From positions 64,048 through 109,402 of the forward strand of contig NW_014040331.1 in assembly GCF_001186125.1 (NCBI RefSeq): a stretch of DNA of 45,355 nt. The letters run 5' to 3'. Made by a program: the position numbers and the translations under genes. Each line of letters starts with the position of its first letter. Position 1 is the first letter of the stretch. Positions 24,236 through 35,300 of this stretch are shown piece by piece. The DNA comes from Sphaeroforma arctica JP610. Lineage: Eukaryota. Under the pieces are notes generated by a model that did no database searches, was not told the origin of the DNA, and saw only the letters and a program-made list of their open reading frames with translations.

Positions 24236-25951
24236 AATATATATATAGGGTCCATATGGACACACAAGCCACCATTGTTCTATATTCGTTAGCAATCCTA
24301 CCCACATTCTGCATCGTAAAATACCACCACATACCACCACGGACCCCACCCAATACCATCATTGCACACTTCTTTATTCCGTAAACGCATACAGCAACTA
24401 ATCCTTACAAGAGCACATAGAAACTCTCATGGGCACACAGCTTCACGTACCATCACGGCCTGCAACTACCAACTGATTCCCACTGGGAGACTGGGACAGG
24501 GCATTCAAGGGACCATTGACCATACAGCCAAACTCCTCAGCATTTCTGCGTGAACGCACGAGTGAGGTGTGTACAGCAGGTATAGTCAGGCAGCGCATGC
24601 TACAACAGAATGTATACACGCATACGCATACCAGTTGTATTGGAATAAAGACAATGGTAGTATGAGGAAAGGGCAACTATCGCCCCGCACCGACACACTG
24701 ACTTACATGTTATTTGAATTGCCCGTGTCGAAGTGGGAGGATTAGTATAGGGGCATTGTACGTACGCTCGATTTTATGCTGAAGCATATGCGAATCAATT
24801 GATCGGGACAGATGGCCAAGTACATGCATATAAGCGCACTGTGATAAAGTCTATACTCTCATATATTCATCTTATGTTCAAATGAAGACCTGGAACAAGT
24901 CAGAAGTATATTCCTCATGAAATGTAAAGCTCACCCTCACACAGAAACGAGATCAAACAAAGGTTGGGACCACTTAGAAATATACTGATGGGTATCTCTA
25001 AGCTTTAAGATTCAAGCCCAGCGCTTGTGTATATACTAACCAAGACGTATATAACTTGTATATGTCCGAGCTAGCCCAGAAAATATCATTTACTATATTT
25101 GTATGCCTGACAAATTGCACTTTCAGTGTATAGGTATTTGTGATATACTGCCCTCTCATAAGTATATAGGTATGTCTGATACATTACTCTCTTATATGTG
25201 TATAGCTATGTGTGACATGTTGCCCGTATATAGGTGACGATCACTCATAAAAAGCATCTATTCTACATGGCAATCTATATGTTTCACTATAGGTAGAAAT
25301 CTGCCAACACCGTGTCAACCGATATACAGTCATAGAGATCACATTGGTACAGGCATTCCTATTGCTTTGGAGCCTGTGGTTTAGTACTGACCAACGTACC
25401 GGACTATTCATACACGAGTTGCAGGAAAAATACATAATAGCTTCCAGTAAAGTGCTATGAAACGAAGCTTTACCGCAGTATTTATGACAAAGTGTAGCTA
25501 ATTGAAACACAATGAAGCAAAAGTATCAAGGGTGTCAATATATAGGTCGATGACTTCTAGTAGAGTAAAGAGCCACACACATGAAACCAAAATACAGGTA
25601 TTAGTTTACACCGCTTCCTGTCAATCTCAAGAACGCGATTACATATGCGAATATACTGCACAGCCACGATGGGGTGTACCACATGCAAAGACATTTTGTT
25701 TTACACTTGTAAGTGTGCATACGCCCACCTGATTGTCTGCAGCTGTATGAATACGCAGTCATAGATAAGATAACTAAGCACTGTTGTACCGCCTACTAAA
25801 AAAGTTTGTACTCTATACATCCAATTCGAGCTGCGAATCAGCTGCGTAAGCTCAAATACACGAACCTGTCCCAATTCCTCGGCTTCTCTGGTGTGACATA
25901 GGTCGGATCCTTGAACACCCCCACCTCATCTCGTTTCATACTTTGACTCAT
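7328..25951 (-). CDS. WDR24: GATOR2/SEA complex subunit WDR24 (Sea2/Rtc1 orthologue); 20-exon hand-built model, about 1187 aa
   Basis: join(25866-25951,24451-24545,23037-23150,22066-22149,21715-21804,20565-20681,19755-19912,19221-19369,18829-18902,17803-17888,15701-16698,14596-14729,13189-13610,12458-12640,11381-11487,9961-10098,9749-9833,8748-8945,8267-8376,7328-7463). All phases are consistent, total 3564 nt. WD40 propeller, LCxHNA helix, QGDVQ motif and C-terminal zinc finger/RING match WDR24 in order. The low-complexity middle exons and exon 1 are less certain. Confidence 0.93.
8267..8376 (-). CDS. WDR24: WDR24 exon 19 (zinc finger)
   Basis: [37 protein letters not shown]; cag| and |gtatgg. 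Confidence 0.95.
8748..8945 (-). CDS. WDR24: WDR24 exon 18
   Basis: [14 protein letters not shown]...[26 protein letters not shown]; cag| and |gtatgt. Confidence 0.95.
8949..9175. repeat. 94-bp intronic tandem repeat (about 2.5 copies) abutting an acceptor
   Basis: ggtgtg(t/c)gtatgtggacaag at 8951, 9045 and 9139. Confidence 0.9.
9749..9833 (-). CDS. WDR24: WDR24 exon 17 (GC donor)
   Basis: [28 protein letters not shown] joins GDVQ to rebuild the conserved xQGDVQ motif; donor CAG|GCAAGT. Confidence 0.85.
9961..10098 (-). CDS. WDR24: WDR24 exon 16 (predicted)
   Basis: [25 protein letters not shown]...SRMD; canonical sites and compatible phase, no conserved motif recognised. Confidence 0.6.
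11381..11487 (-). CDS. WDR24: WDR24 exon 15 (predicted)
   Basis: [35 protein letters not shown]; cgcag| and |gtgtgt; phase 0 to 2. Confidence 0.55.
12458..12640 (-). CDS. WDR24: WDR24 exon 14 (Ser/Asp-rich, predicted)
   Basis: [35 protein letters not shown]...SQES; donor gtaggg; the acceptor (aag) is weak. Confidence 0.6.
13189..13610 (-). CDS. WDR24: WDR24 exon 13 (disordered, predicted)
   Basis: [18 protein letters not shown]...[14 protein letters not shown]-rich island with compatible phase. Confidence 0.65.
13632..13797. repeat. 51-bp intronic tandem repeat (about 3 copies)
   Basis: gtaaatcacact...aagccaatggtggatgt...caagtatg, with copies at 13641, 13692 and 13743. Confidence 0.9.
14596..14729 (-). 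CDS. WDR24: WDR24 exon 12 (predicted)
   Basis: [17 protein letters not shown]...SRSSHL; atacag| and |gtaaga. Confidence 0.65.
15701..16698 (-). CDS. WDR24: WDR24 exon 11
   Basis: [15 protein letters not shown]...[10 protein letters not shown]...[29 protein letters not shown] (cf. ELCDHNAKVA..AQTWTML). Confidence 0.9.
17803..17888 (-). CDS. WDR24: WDR24 exon 10
   Basis: [29 protein letters not shown]. Confidence 0.9.
18415..18830. repeat. Compound ~130-160 bp intronic repeat ending at a donor site
   Basis: tgagatcactagacaga occurs three times, with nested acgtacctatcacctgacacc units. Confidence 0.85.
18829..18902 (-). CDS. WDR24: WDR24 exon 9
   Basis: [24 protein letters not shown] (cf. 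VWDVRRPFVP). Confidence 0.95.
18892..19013. repeat. 40-41 bp x3 repeat spanning the exon 9 acceptor
   Basis: acacatggatgctgtgggaatg..gagaagagatgtga occurs three times. Confidence 0.95.
19221..19369 (-). CDS. WDR24: WDR24 exon 8
   Basis: IWRTG...[30 protein letters not shown] (cf. VQTIASVARVKWRP). Confidence 0.95.
19755..19912 (-). CDS. WDR24: WDR24 exon 7
   Basis: [42 protein letters not shown]. Confidence 0.95.
20565..20681 (-). CDS. WDR24: WDR24 exon 6
   Basis: [34 protein letters not shown]. Confidence 0.95.
20682..20970. repeat. 101-bp x3 repeat starting at the exon 6 acceptor
   Basis: ctgtatgt at 20682, 20783 and 20884. Confidence 0.95.
21241..21440. repeat. ~31-bp minisatellite (about 6 copies)
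   Basis: aatataaatagcacacacaacaaatcatctc units. Confidence 0.9.
21599..21737. repeat. 76-bp-period duplication spanning the exon 5 donor
   Basis: acaatacgtatacgtatcagg...ttaccgtcctgtgatccgctcagcagc at 21601 and 21677. Confidence 0.95.
21715..21804 (-). CDS. WDR24: WDR24 exon 5
   Basis: [29 protein letters not shown]. Confidence 0.95.
22066..22149 (-). CDS. WDR24: WDR24 exon 4
   Basis: [27 protein letters not shown]. Confidence 0.95.
22855..23048. repeat. 65-bp x3 repeat spanning the exon 3 donor
   Basis: ctatgtatgag at 22855, 22920 and 22985, each copy ending acataca(g/a)ggatgg. Confidence 0.95.
23037..23150 (-). CDS. WDR24: WDR24 exon 3
   Basis: [38 protein letters not shown]. Confidence 0.9.
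24451..24545 (-). CDS. WDR24: WDR24 exon 2
   Basis: [31 protein letters not shown] (cf. NAISV..QVVVAGR). Confidence 0.9.
25866..25951 (-). CDS. WDR24: WDR24 exon 1 (predicted start)
   Basis: aca[32 protein letters not shown]; donor AG|gttcgt, phase 2 matches exon 2. Confidence 0.6.
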
Positions 25952-27762
25952 TGTTAAACAGTTCGCTGTCTATGCCACTGTTTGTTCCAACCCTTCGATG
26001 GACTTTATGAGGCAGTTACAGACATCAGACATGTTCCTTATTCAGAGCGCTGCCGTATTCAAAGTGAACGTTGTACTTACACGGTGTGTCCAGATTGTTC
26101 ATTTGCTGTTAAGACCTTTAATTAATTATGTTGTACATAGTGCTCAATTAGAGTAGATCGCCTACTATAAGCAATATGGTCCTGTGCCTGTCTCTACTTT
26201 CAGAGAGGGCATTTATTATGTGCTGACGCTGACAGCCCTCACAAAGAAACCAAAAAAGCTTTTGTGCAGCGGCACATTGTACCAGAGGGTGTCACCACTT
26301 TTGGCAAAAGATGGGCATGAGTGATGCGTCGATATAAATATCAAATGTTTTTACCACCGAGGAAGAGAGAAGTAAATGTTTTTAAATAGTCTGCTTGAGC
26401 AATGCTTTGTACCAACTTCTGCTACATATTCAACACCTGACTGTAGTAGTGTAGGGCTACCGATTATGCACATCTCTTGAAATAAGCTCTTCGATTGAGC
26501 CTATTTGGAGTATTAAATTGCTCTAACAAACATATCGTTTACAAATGACTACCGTGTGTGATATTTTATGTATATGTACATGGTTACCGACGTCCACCAA
26601 GGCGGACTGTCACTTTTGGTTTGCTACAAAAGACCATGTGGTTGATTTGTTTGTTTTACATACTTTAAGACGGACTAATGTCCCGGGCGGATAGTTCTCT
26701 CATGTATAGTCTTCGGATTGGTGTGGACCATGTGGTTGATTTATTTGTTTTACATGTTGGCAATATACATACGACGAATTTGGACACTATGCGCTACATC
26801 AGCACATTCTTCCTGCGGTGATTGCGACATCACTTCACTTAGCGCCTCCTGTCTTCGCGCATGTGAATGTGTCTGCTCTGAGTTATACTGCGTCAGCCTC
26901 GCTATGATTTGTTACAGATGAGGACGCTGACGTTAATGATACTGACGTTAATGGTCCAGATGTCGATGACTATTGAGTGAGTAGAGATATAGCGACGGTA
27001 TCAGTCAGATATCTAGTGATCTCTGATATGGAATAAGAACTGAAGTACCCTCTGTTCAATATAACACCACTGTTGTGAACACAATGATAGCAGCATATAT
27101 ATGTTCTACCTTCGTCACTACAGTAGCCAAATATCTGGCGGTGGTTGTCAGCCGAGTAACAAGTAGAAGCCGGAAGTTAATATAGGAAAATCACCGCTTT
27201 GGTGAGAATACAACACTTCTTAAAAAAGCATGACAGGTCGCAAAAGTTCGGATGATCGGTTCTTCCAGTATACAACTAACATTAACATGAGCTCTCGTAA
27301 ATACTGGGTCATACGGTATCAATGTAGGTCTCATTCATCCTGTTCTCAGTTTGGACGAGTGAAAGAACACCATCGATTTTACCAAATACTCTCAGAAATT
27401 GCCGGTGGGATTTTCGACAATAAATACCGCCGTTAGCTCGTCTGTACCGATCAAGCACTCCAAACACCAATTGTTTGAAAGTGATGCCGATTTCTTTCAC
27501 GGTGTACTAATAACACAGCTGCTTGTTTATATATATATATATATATACATATACATACATATATATATATATAATTATATATGACTTTATATTTATATAT
27601 ATATATTGCCACACAAGCAGCTGCAATAAACTTCAGAAGTCGCGCGTCTTGCTAGTCATTAAAGATTCGTGGTTCTACAAGTAGACGCCTCGTAATCCCA
27701 ACTATAACATAAAAATATCGTAAGATTAAGTGACACTCAACCAAGCATGGTGCCGGGAATAC

Positions 27763-27860
<98 letters not shown>

Positions 27861-27886
27861 TCATATACATCCTTATATCCATATAT

Positions 27887-27923
<37 letters not shown>

Positions 27924-30087
27924 GTATTCATACAATATGATTACTCTTGCAACTAATCTCTACTTGCTCGACTTGCTACCATTCAGTTGACCTTTCGTGT
28001 GTACCGTGTTATTAAAGGACGAGTGTTGATGCGCGGTTGATACCACCACCTGCGCTGTAGACTTCAAGATCGGACTTGACGTCGCTAGGTCCGTCATTAT
28101 CTATGAGATACAGGCATAACGCATGGATCCCTATGCGACAGTTTTTGTAGCCATGCTGAGATCGTACGAGTTCTTTCCAAAATTCCAGGTGGTGTGTAAT
28201 ACACGCATATATCTTATAGTATATATATGAGAGATAACAATAAATACTTTGTTAAAAAAATACTTGTCCTTCGGCTTCGGACAATAGTCCGATCAGGCCT
28301 ATTATGTATTTTATTTCTTCTCTCACTCTACTACTAGAGAGAGAGAGAGAGTAGAGAAACAGGCCACGCCACAGGCCACAGGGTCGTGTCAATAGAATAC
28401 TCTAAAAAATATCTGTACAATTGTAAATACATAGCGTTCTACTAAATTGAAACACTCTAAATTAATGCATTTTTGGGGCTGATATTATGCTATTTTTATT
28501 TATTTTAAAAAGATGCCAATAGGATTTGTCGTTCACAAATGTGTCAAATGAGTGAGAAGGGTTATGCCATTTAAAAGCCCCACTTTTTCTTCTCTTTGCC
28601 TCAATCATATATATCAAAATAGCTCGCTAACGCTCGTTCCTGGGCCCTGGGCTGAGAATTTTTCTGTGTCGCTAAAAAAAACTTCATACTGTACAGCCAA
28701 AAAAACTATAAGGAAAACTATAAAGCGATAATTATGCTCCTCGCTCGATACAAATAATTTAAAAAAATAGTCAGTGAGTATATTTCACTCTAGCGTAAAG
28801 TAAGTCAGGACTCTCAACCAGTAAAAGATCGAGAAGTATTCAATTTGTTTTTATGAATCTATGGATGACACATTTTCTTCTATTTCCCCCCTGGCTTTCA
28901 TTTTGTTTTTTTTTCGGTTAAAAAAAAGAGCAAAAAGCGGTGTAAAATAGTCCCTGTAACTCTGTGGACTGTGAGAAGTTGAGGAGTCTGAGGAGTCTGA
29001 GGACAGTGGAGCCTAGGTTTTTTATATGATTTAATTTTGGTTTATATATAATTATTTTACAAAACCAGAACACGACTATTTTTGTCACGTGTGGTGAATT
29101 GGTCATTGGCATCGATAGCCAAAATACTAATACATAGCGATCCGTATCCGATTGCCAAAAAAAAGGTCATAGCCCATGTACTCCATATTCCTCTGGTTGG
29201 CCTACTGTATCAGTTATTCCTAATTTGAAATAGGGTGAAACAGTATAGTATGTTTTCGAAAAATGTTCCTAAAAATTCGTCGAAAACTCTAGTCATCAAG
29301 ATTTGTCTCGGACTCTCAGCCCAATTTGTACCAGTATTTATTTCCTTATGAACATCGAAATTAAATTCATCAGAAACAGTAGTCAAGACTACACGTATGC
29401 TTGTGGGTGTATGTAAAAATTTAGTGAGCGCGTGTGGGTGTATGTAAATATTTAGTGAGCGCGTGTGAGGGAGCGAGTGATTGTGTGTGATAGTATGCGT
29501 GAATGGGTATGTTTATTTGTGAGCGTGTGTGACTAAACAACAGTGCGTATTTGTGTGTGTGTGTTGAGTGAATGTGAGAGGGTGGGCCCCTCAAGAACTT
29601 ACCTACTGTAATTTCAGAAAATATAACCTTAAATTATATTTATGATTCTGTCTGGACGGGTGTACACGCGAGAGAGAGTGTGGGTGAGTGAGTGAGTAAG
29701 AATGAATGCGTAAGTGAGTGAACGTCTGTGTGGAGTGTGTGTGAATGTGTGTGGGTGTATGGGCGTGTCTACTGAGAGTTTGTATATGAAGAGTGTGTAT
29801 GTGTGAGTAAACATGAGAGTGTTTATGGATGTGTCAACGTGGGTGGTTGTGGGTGCATGGGTGTGTCTTATGAGAGTTTGTGTGCGAGGAGTGTGTGTGT
29901 GTTTGAGGAGTGAGTGAGTGAGTGATGTGCGAGTTAGAGAGTGTGTGTAATTGTGCGTGTGCCAGATTGTGTGTGAATGTGTACGTATGTATGTGTGTAT
30001 ATGAGTTAGTGAGCGTGCGCGCGTGTGTGTGTGTGTGCGTGTGCGTGTGCGTGTGCGTGTATGAGTATATATATGTGTGTGTATGTG

Positions 30088-30123
<36 letters not shown>

Positions 30124-31830
30124 AGTGTGTGTGCGTGTGTGTGCTCTCTGGTGATACGGTGATACGGTGTGTATTTACCGTCTGTGCTGTGAATATGAAC
30201 AAATAGATTACCCCTATGACCAAGCTTTCAGTCCCCGGGCATCCCAACCGTAATTTGTTTTAAAAAAACTATAAAAAATAGTTGTTCTATTTTTATACAT
30301 TATAAAAAAAAAATGACATTTTCATTTATTTTAGTTAAAAAACATTCCACATTTCGTAGTATTTTGTACATAAATGATTTGACTTTTGAGAGTAGTAGAG
30401 TTGAATGCTAGATTGAGTAGAGAGAGTACATACTAAATACATACAATAGAGTAAATATTGACAGTATTTGACAGGGCGACAAGTGACAAGTGACAACTGA
30501 CACAAGCTCATCAAAAATTAAATATTTATAGACCATTAGTCCCTCACTCACTCGAGTGACGAGATTCACGAGCGGTCAGAATGTGAGTGTGAGGCTCAGA
30601 GGCTGTGACTCATTATGTGAACTATAGTCAGCTGTCTCAGCACTATGTAGTATGTACATACCCGGCACTCGGCAGTGGAGTGAGTGGACTGTGGTACATG
30701 CTCGGTACAGGTATTCAGCCCACAGTCCACAACTCCATAGTCCACGCTCACAACTTCTACAACACTAAGGATTCAGGATTCAGGATTCAGGAGTTCAGGA
30801 TATGTATTATTTAAAAAAATATGAGCGAGTATTATAAATACGATAAACACTGTAAAGAAATGATAAAAAGAGAACTCACAGCCCACAGGACACTAATAAC
30901 TGAGGAGTGAGCAAGAAGTGAAGTCAGTAGAGTAGTAGTGGACCGGGAGTCAGACCGGGACAGACACCGACTGACACAGTCAATCAGTCACACACAGAGC
31001 CTCAGAGGTCACAGACGACACAGAGTCACAAACTCACAGTCTCTACAGTGGCTGAGTGGCACAGCCGCAGTGCTCCATAGGCTTTCACACTCACAGTCTC
31101 ACACAGGCTCATAGAGTCACAGGACTCATTGAGGACACAGGCTCACAGGCTCACTGCTGCTCACAGAACCTCACACAGTCAAGTTGTCAACCGTGTCACA
31201 CTTCACAAGTTCACAGTCTCACGCACTCTCATTGTACATACCCAGGAGTCCAGCCACGCTCCCACGGTACAGGATTACAGGCCCACAGGCTACAGCCCCA
31301 CAGCCAAGAGGCCACAGCTCAACACAACATCGGTGCGGGCCCTGCAGGGGTCTGCGGTCGCTGGCTAAACAGAAATAATAGATAAATGCCATTGGAGAAA
31401 TACTTCTTTGTCAACAACTCAATATCACAACACGAGGTTTTTTTAAATAAATTTAACAGGACAATGCTGACCTGGACTGGGACAATGGACATCTGGTCAG
31501 CTGACAGGGATCCCGTTGTGCTCTGTACTTCTGGTGTCCCAATAGAAACAATCTGCCATTGCTTAAATAAAGAGGGAGTTAAATATTATTGGTTGGATTT
31601 GGGAATTGGGATATTTGTACACAGTGTAAAGAGGGTACAATGTGACTAGTGATTATATATATTTTTTAAATTTGTATTTAACTGCTCGGCTTTCACGTGC
31701 GAATACAATGGATGCATTTTTGGGTGTTTTTAGTCTCAAAGACACTTTTTGTGTTTTATATTATTTATAAAAAAATTATAAAAATGCCATTTGTGTACAT
31801 ATTGCGTGAATAAATTGTTGTAGAAGCATG

Positions 31831-31838
31831 TATAAATA
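31831..31838 (+). promoter_or_regulatory. Candidate TATA box of the ATPase gene
   Basis: TATAAATA about 80 nt upstream of the ATG at 31916. The AT-rich context weakens the call. Confidence 0.35.
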
Positions 31839-31915
31839 GTCAGCCACAGGCATTAAATCCCTTTCAGCAGAAGTATTTAGTCAATTCGTCTTTTAATTGA
31901 CAGTCATACCTGACA

Positions 31916-32834
31916 ATGTCGTCAAATATAGTGAACTCTACAATCTTCCACGTTGATGGCTTGTGCTGTGGCGGAGAGGCCACACTAATACGTGAAACAC
32001 TAGAGCCCCTTGAGGGTGTTGTGAGCGTCAAAGTCTCCGTAGTAGATAGACGGGCAAAGGTTGAGCACACAAGGGCAGTCGACGTAGAAACAATCCTGAA
32101 ACTGCTCAATGACGAGTATATGGGTGCGCGCATAGAACAGAACGGTGATGTTGTATCAGATTCCGAAGGTCAGAGGTCCCATTTATGTGGTCTGAGTTAT
32201 GCCAGTTTCGCGAGAATATGTCTACCGATCCTGCAAACGTCACTGTTCACGGTTGCCTGTATTATGTGCTGGTTAGGGTATATGCATACTGCCTTTATCT
32301 GTAGCATCGTATGTATAGTCCTATCTGGATCCTTACTATACAAGGCTGCTCTATCTATTTTGCGTCGATTGCCCAACGCTGAGCTTTTGATGGCCATAGC
32401 GGTGGTCGGTAGTCTATGTCTCGGAAACTGGCTAGAAGCCGCTTCAGTGGGTACTATAGTAGCTGTACTGGACGCAATTGTTTTATATACACATGAGCGA
32501 GTCGATAGAAGATTAAACAACAGTATTGTTGTGAAACCACCAACAGTGGACGTACCCGAGGGAGGTTCTCAATTAGTCTCACAGTTGGTACCGGGCAGCG
32601 TGTATGTAGCACGTGCTGGGGACGCACTACCGACCGACGGCGAAGTTAAGCAGGGATCGGCAAATGTGGATGAAAGTAGTATCACTGGTGAAGCTATGCC
32701 TCAGCCCAAAGCTGTAGGAGATACGGTACTGAGCGGTTCTGTGTTGACAAGTGGATTCTTGCAGGTGGTAGCGACTAAGCCGGCGAACGAGTCCTTCGTC
32801 TCCAGAATTGAAGATGCGGTGTTGGATGCGAAAA
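31916..32834 (+). CDS. P1B ATPase exon 1 (HMA domain, first TM helices, actuator domain)
   Basis: ORF 31916-32923 runs into the intron after DAK. Confidence 0.93.
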
Positions 32835-35300
32835 GTATGTCTTGTTTGCAATTGAATGGGCAACCTGTATGCATATATAAATGTAGCATGAGAGTATCTT
32901 ATATTATTTTGATCATGTGGTAAAATCTATCAGTACGTAAGCCTACAAGTTTGCGTTACTTAAAATGTGCACGATTATACAACGTTTGATAANNNNNNNN
33001 NNNNNNNNNNNNNNNNNNNNNNNNNNNNNNNNNNNNNNNNNNNNNNNNNNNNNNNNNNNNNNNNNNNNNNNNNNNNNNNNNNNNNNNNNNNNNNNNNNNN
33101 NNNNNNNNNNNNNNNNNNNNNNNNNNNNNNNNNNNNNNNNNNNNNNNNNNNGTTTACAAGTATATAATGTATATTTCAATATAAACATCAATACGTACAC
33201 ACACACCCACACACACACACACATATATATATATAATATGAATTATTGTTTATTTAAACCGTCGCTGATTTAGCGCACAATGAGGGTACAGTTTATTTCA
33301 TTCCATGTACCATTAATGAGGTTCGTCATTCTTTAATTCTGTAGACAAGAATATTTACCACTTTGTGTAAAGATCTAATAAAATAAGTGGGCTCCTTTTG
33401 AGCGCTCATATGTGCATGCGCCCTTCCTATATTGAAGCATACTTATTTGTGTGCATCGAGATCATTGCTACTATTTCCAGTAGCGAACACACAAACCAGC
33501 ACATGGTTTTATTACATGCATCTATCTTTTCTTGTGCAAGGACATTGATATTATTTGCACTCTAATACGTCGTAGCTACCTTTATAATTAAGCTTCGACC
33601 TCGCATCATTCTATATACCCACCGATTATATGTACTGAAAATCAAGGACCATGGTAAATCCATCGAAATCGCCCCTCAGCCAGAAAAAAACTCATCATGT
33701 CTTGATGCGTCACACTTCTGCGAGCTATCCTGTAACAGACGTCTGCCATACAAAGTGAATGTCACAGATTTTTTTTTTTGAATACTTACATCTCCCACTA
33801 TAATCCACCACAGACACCCGATCCCAAACCGACGAGCTGGTCTCACGTTTTGTCGTGTGGTATATGCCAACAGTGATCCTCATCGCCACGATCGTTGCCT
33901 TGGTAACCAAGGATCCTCACAAATTCCTGGTAATCCTGGTAGCCGGGTGCCCGTGCTCTCTTGTAGCGGCTGCGCCGTTTGTGCAGAGTGCGGCGCTGAC
34001 TTTGTTGGCGAAGAATGGCCTTCTGTTGAAGCATTCGAGTGCGCTGGAAGACCTGGCTCGGCTCGGGCTGTTTGCCTTTGACAAGACGGGCACCCTCACC
34101 ATGGGCCAATTCACCTTGGTAGACATGCAGTTGGTCGATGCGGCTACAACAGACGCCAATGCCGCGGGTGCTGCGCCTGGTTTAGCCGGTGCGAATGCGG
34201 ATGGCGCCGGTATCACATCCACCCAAAAATGGGAGAAGGCGGATGTGCACCGATGGCTGGCGGCGGTGGAGGCCCGAGACTCGCACCCGTTGGCGCGTTC
34301 GCTGGTCATGAGCTACACGGGCTGTCTGACGGCTTTCATGGGTGTGGTGGACGGTGGCCTACCCGAGGTACAGAACTTCGAACGTCACGGCCGCGACGGA
34401 GTGAGTGGGTCGGTGTGCGAGCACGTGGTGGGGGTGGGCAATGCAAAGTTTGTGGCCCAGCTTACGGGTACAGAGGTGCCTCCGGAGATAGTGCTGCGTG
34501 GGGAAGGAGCCAAAGGCACCACGTGCTTGTACGTGACGGTGGATGGGTCGTTAGCCGCCACGCTGCTACTGTCCGATGAGGCAAGACCCGATGCCCCGAG
34601 AGTTCTACGCACACTTCGAGACATGGGTATACGGCCGGTGATGCTGACCGGCGACAAGCACAGCACAGCTGTAGAAGTGGCCAAGCACGTGGGAATAGAC
34701 GAAGTGGATGTGTTTTCTGGGTTACTACCTGAGACGAAAGCATCGCTGTTGTGTCGCCTGAGTGAGTTTTCGTCAGCCAATCACGACGCGGCTTTGTACT
34801 CGCACGAGGATATGGCAGCCAATGAAAACGCCCCATTACTTCCGGTACGTAACAACTCGACATTGGATGGGAGTATATGTACACCAGATGGCGCCAAGCA
34901 CAAACCACACTCACGGTTAACAGTGGGCTTTGTGGGGGATGGACTGAACGACTGTCCTGCGTTGGCGACGGCAAATGTGGGTATAGTAATGCAGGAAGTG
35001 GGTGCGAGAGCAACCACGGACGCCGCCATGGGGGTGATACAAGACTCGTCTCTAGATACGATACCCTACGCTATAATCACAGCCAGACGCACACAGCGAC
35101 TGGTATTGATGAACATCATACTGTCCTTGGCCATCAATCTGGTGGTGATTGGCTGTGCGGCGTTCATGCGCTTACCTCTGTGGGTTAGTGTGATGGCGGA
35201 TAGTGTTGGATTGCTGGCTGTGATGCTCAATGGGCTGTGGCCATTGTGTTGGAACGATGTCAGTAAAACCGTGGAGCGCAAGCAGCCTGGTATGGTTTGA
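31916..35300 (+). CDS. P1B-type heavy-metal-transporting ATPase (Zn/Cd P1B-2-like, HMA2/3/4-like); two exons join(31916-32834,33814-35300), about 801 aa
   Basis: N-terminal HMA domain FHVDGLCCGGE; DESSITGE; GCPC; FDKTGTLT; SHPLA; MLTGD; GDGLNDCPALATANVG; ADSVG..LN. Donor A|gtatgt and acceptor cacag|AC join in phase 1 to give DAKNTRSQTDELVSRFVVWYMP. The intron contains an N gap. Confidence 0.95.
33814..35300 (+). CDS. P1B ATPase exon 2 (CPC helix, P/N domains, last two TM helices)
   Basis: ORF 33855-35300 extended to the acceptor at 33813/33814. Confidence 0.93.

Noticed and set aside
24707..24778. Candidate WDR24 coding exon with a strong GTAAGT donor
   Set aside because: The phase needed to join exon 2 contains a TAA stop.
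27230..28200. Complex-looking short frames (e.g. AVFIVENPTG on the minus strand)
   Set aside because: Interrupted by stops, no supporting second motif, and no consistent splice model.
28387..28871. Possible MITE with gtgtca...tgacac termini
   Set aside because: Inverted similarity is short and gapped, with no target-site duplication.
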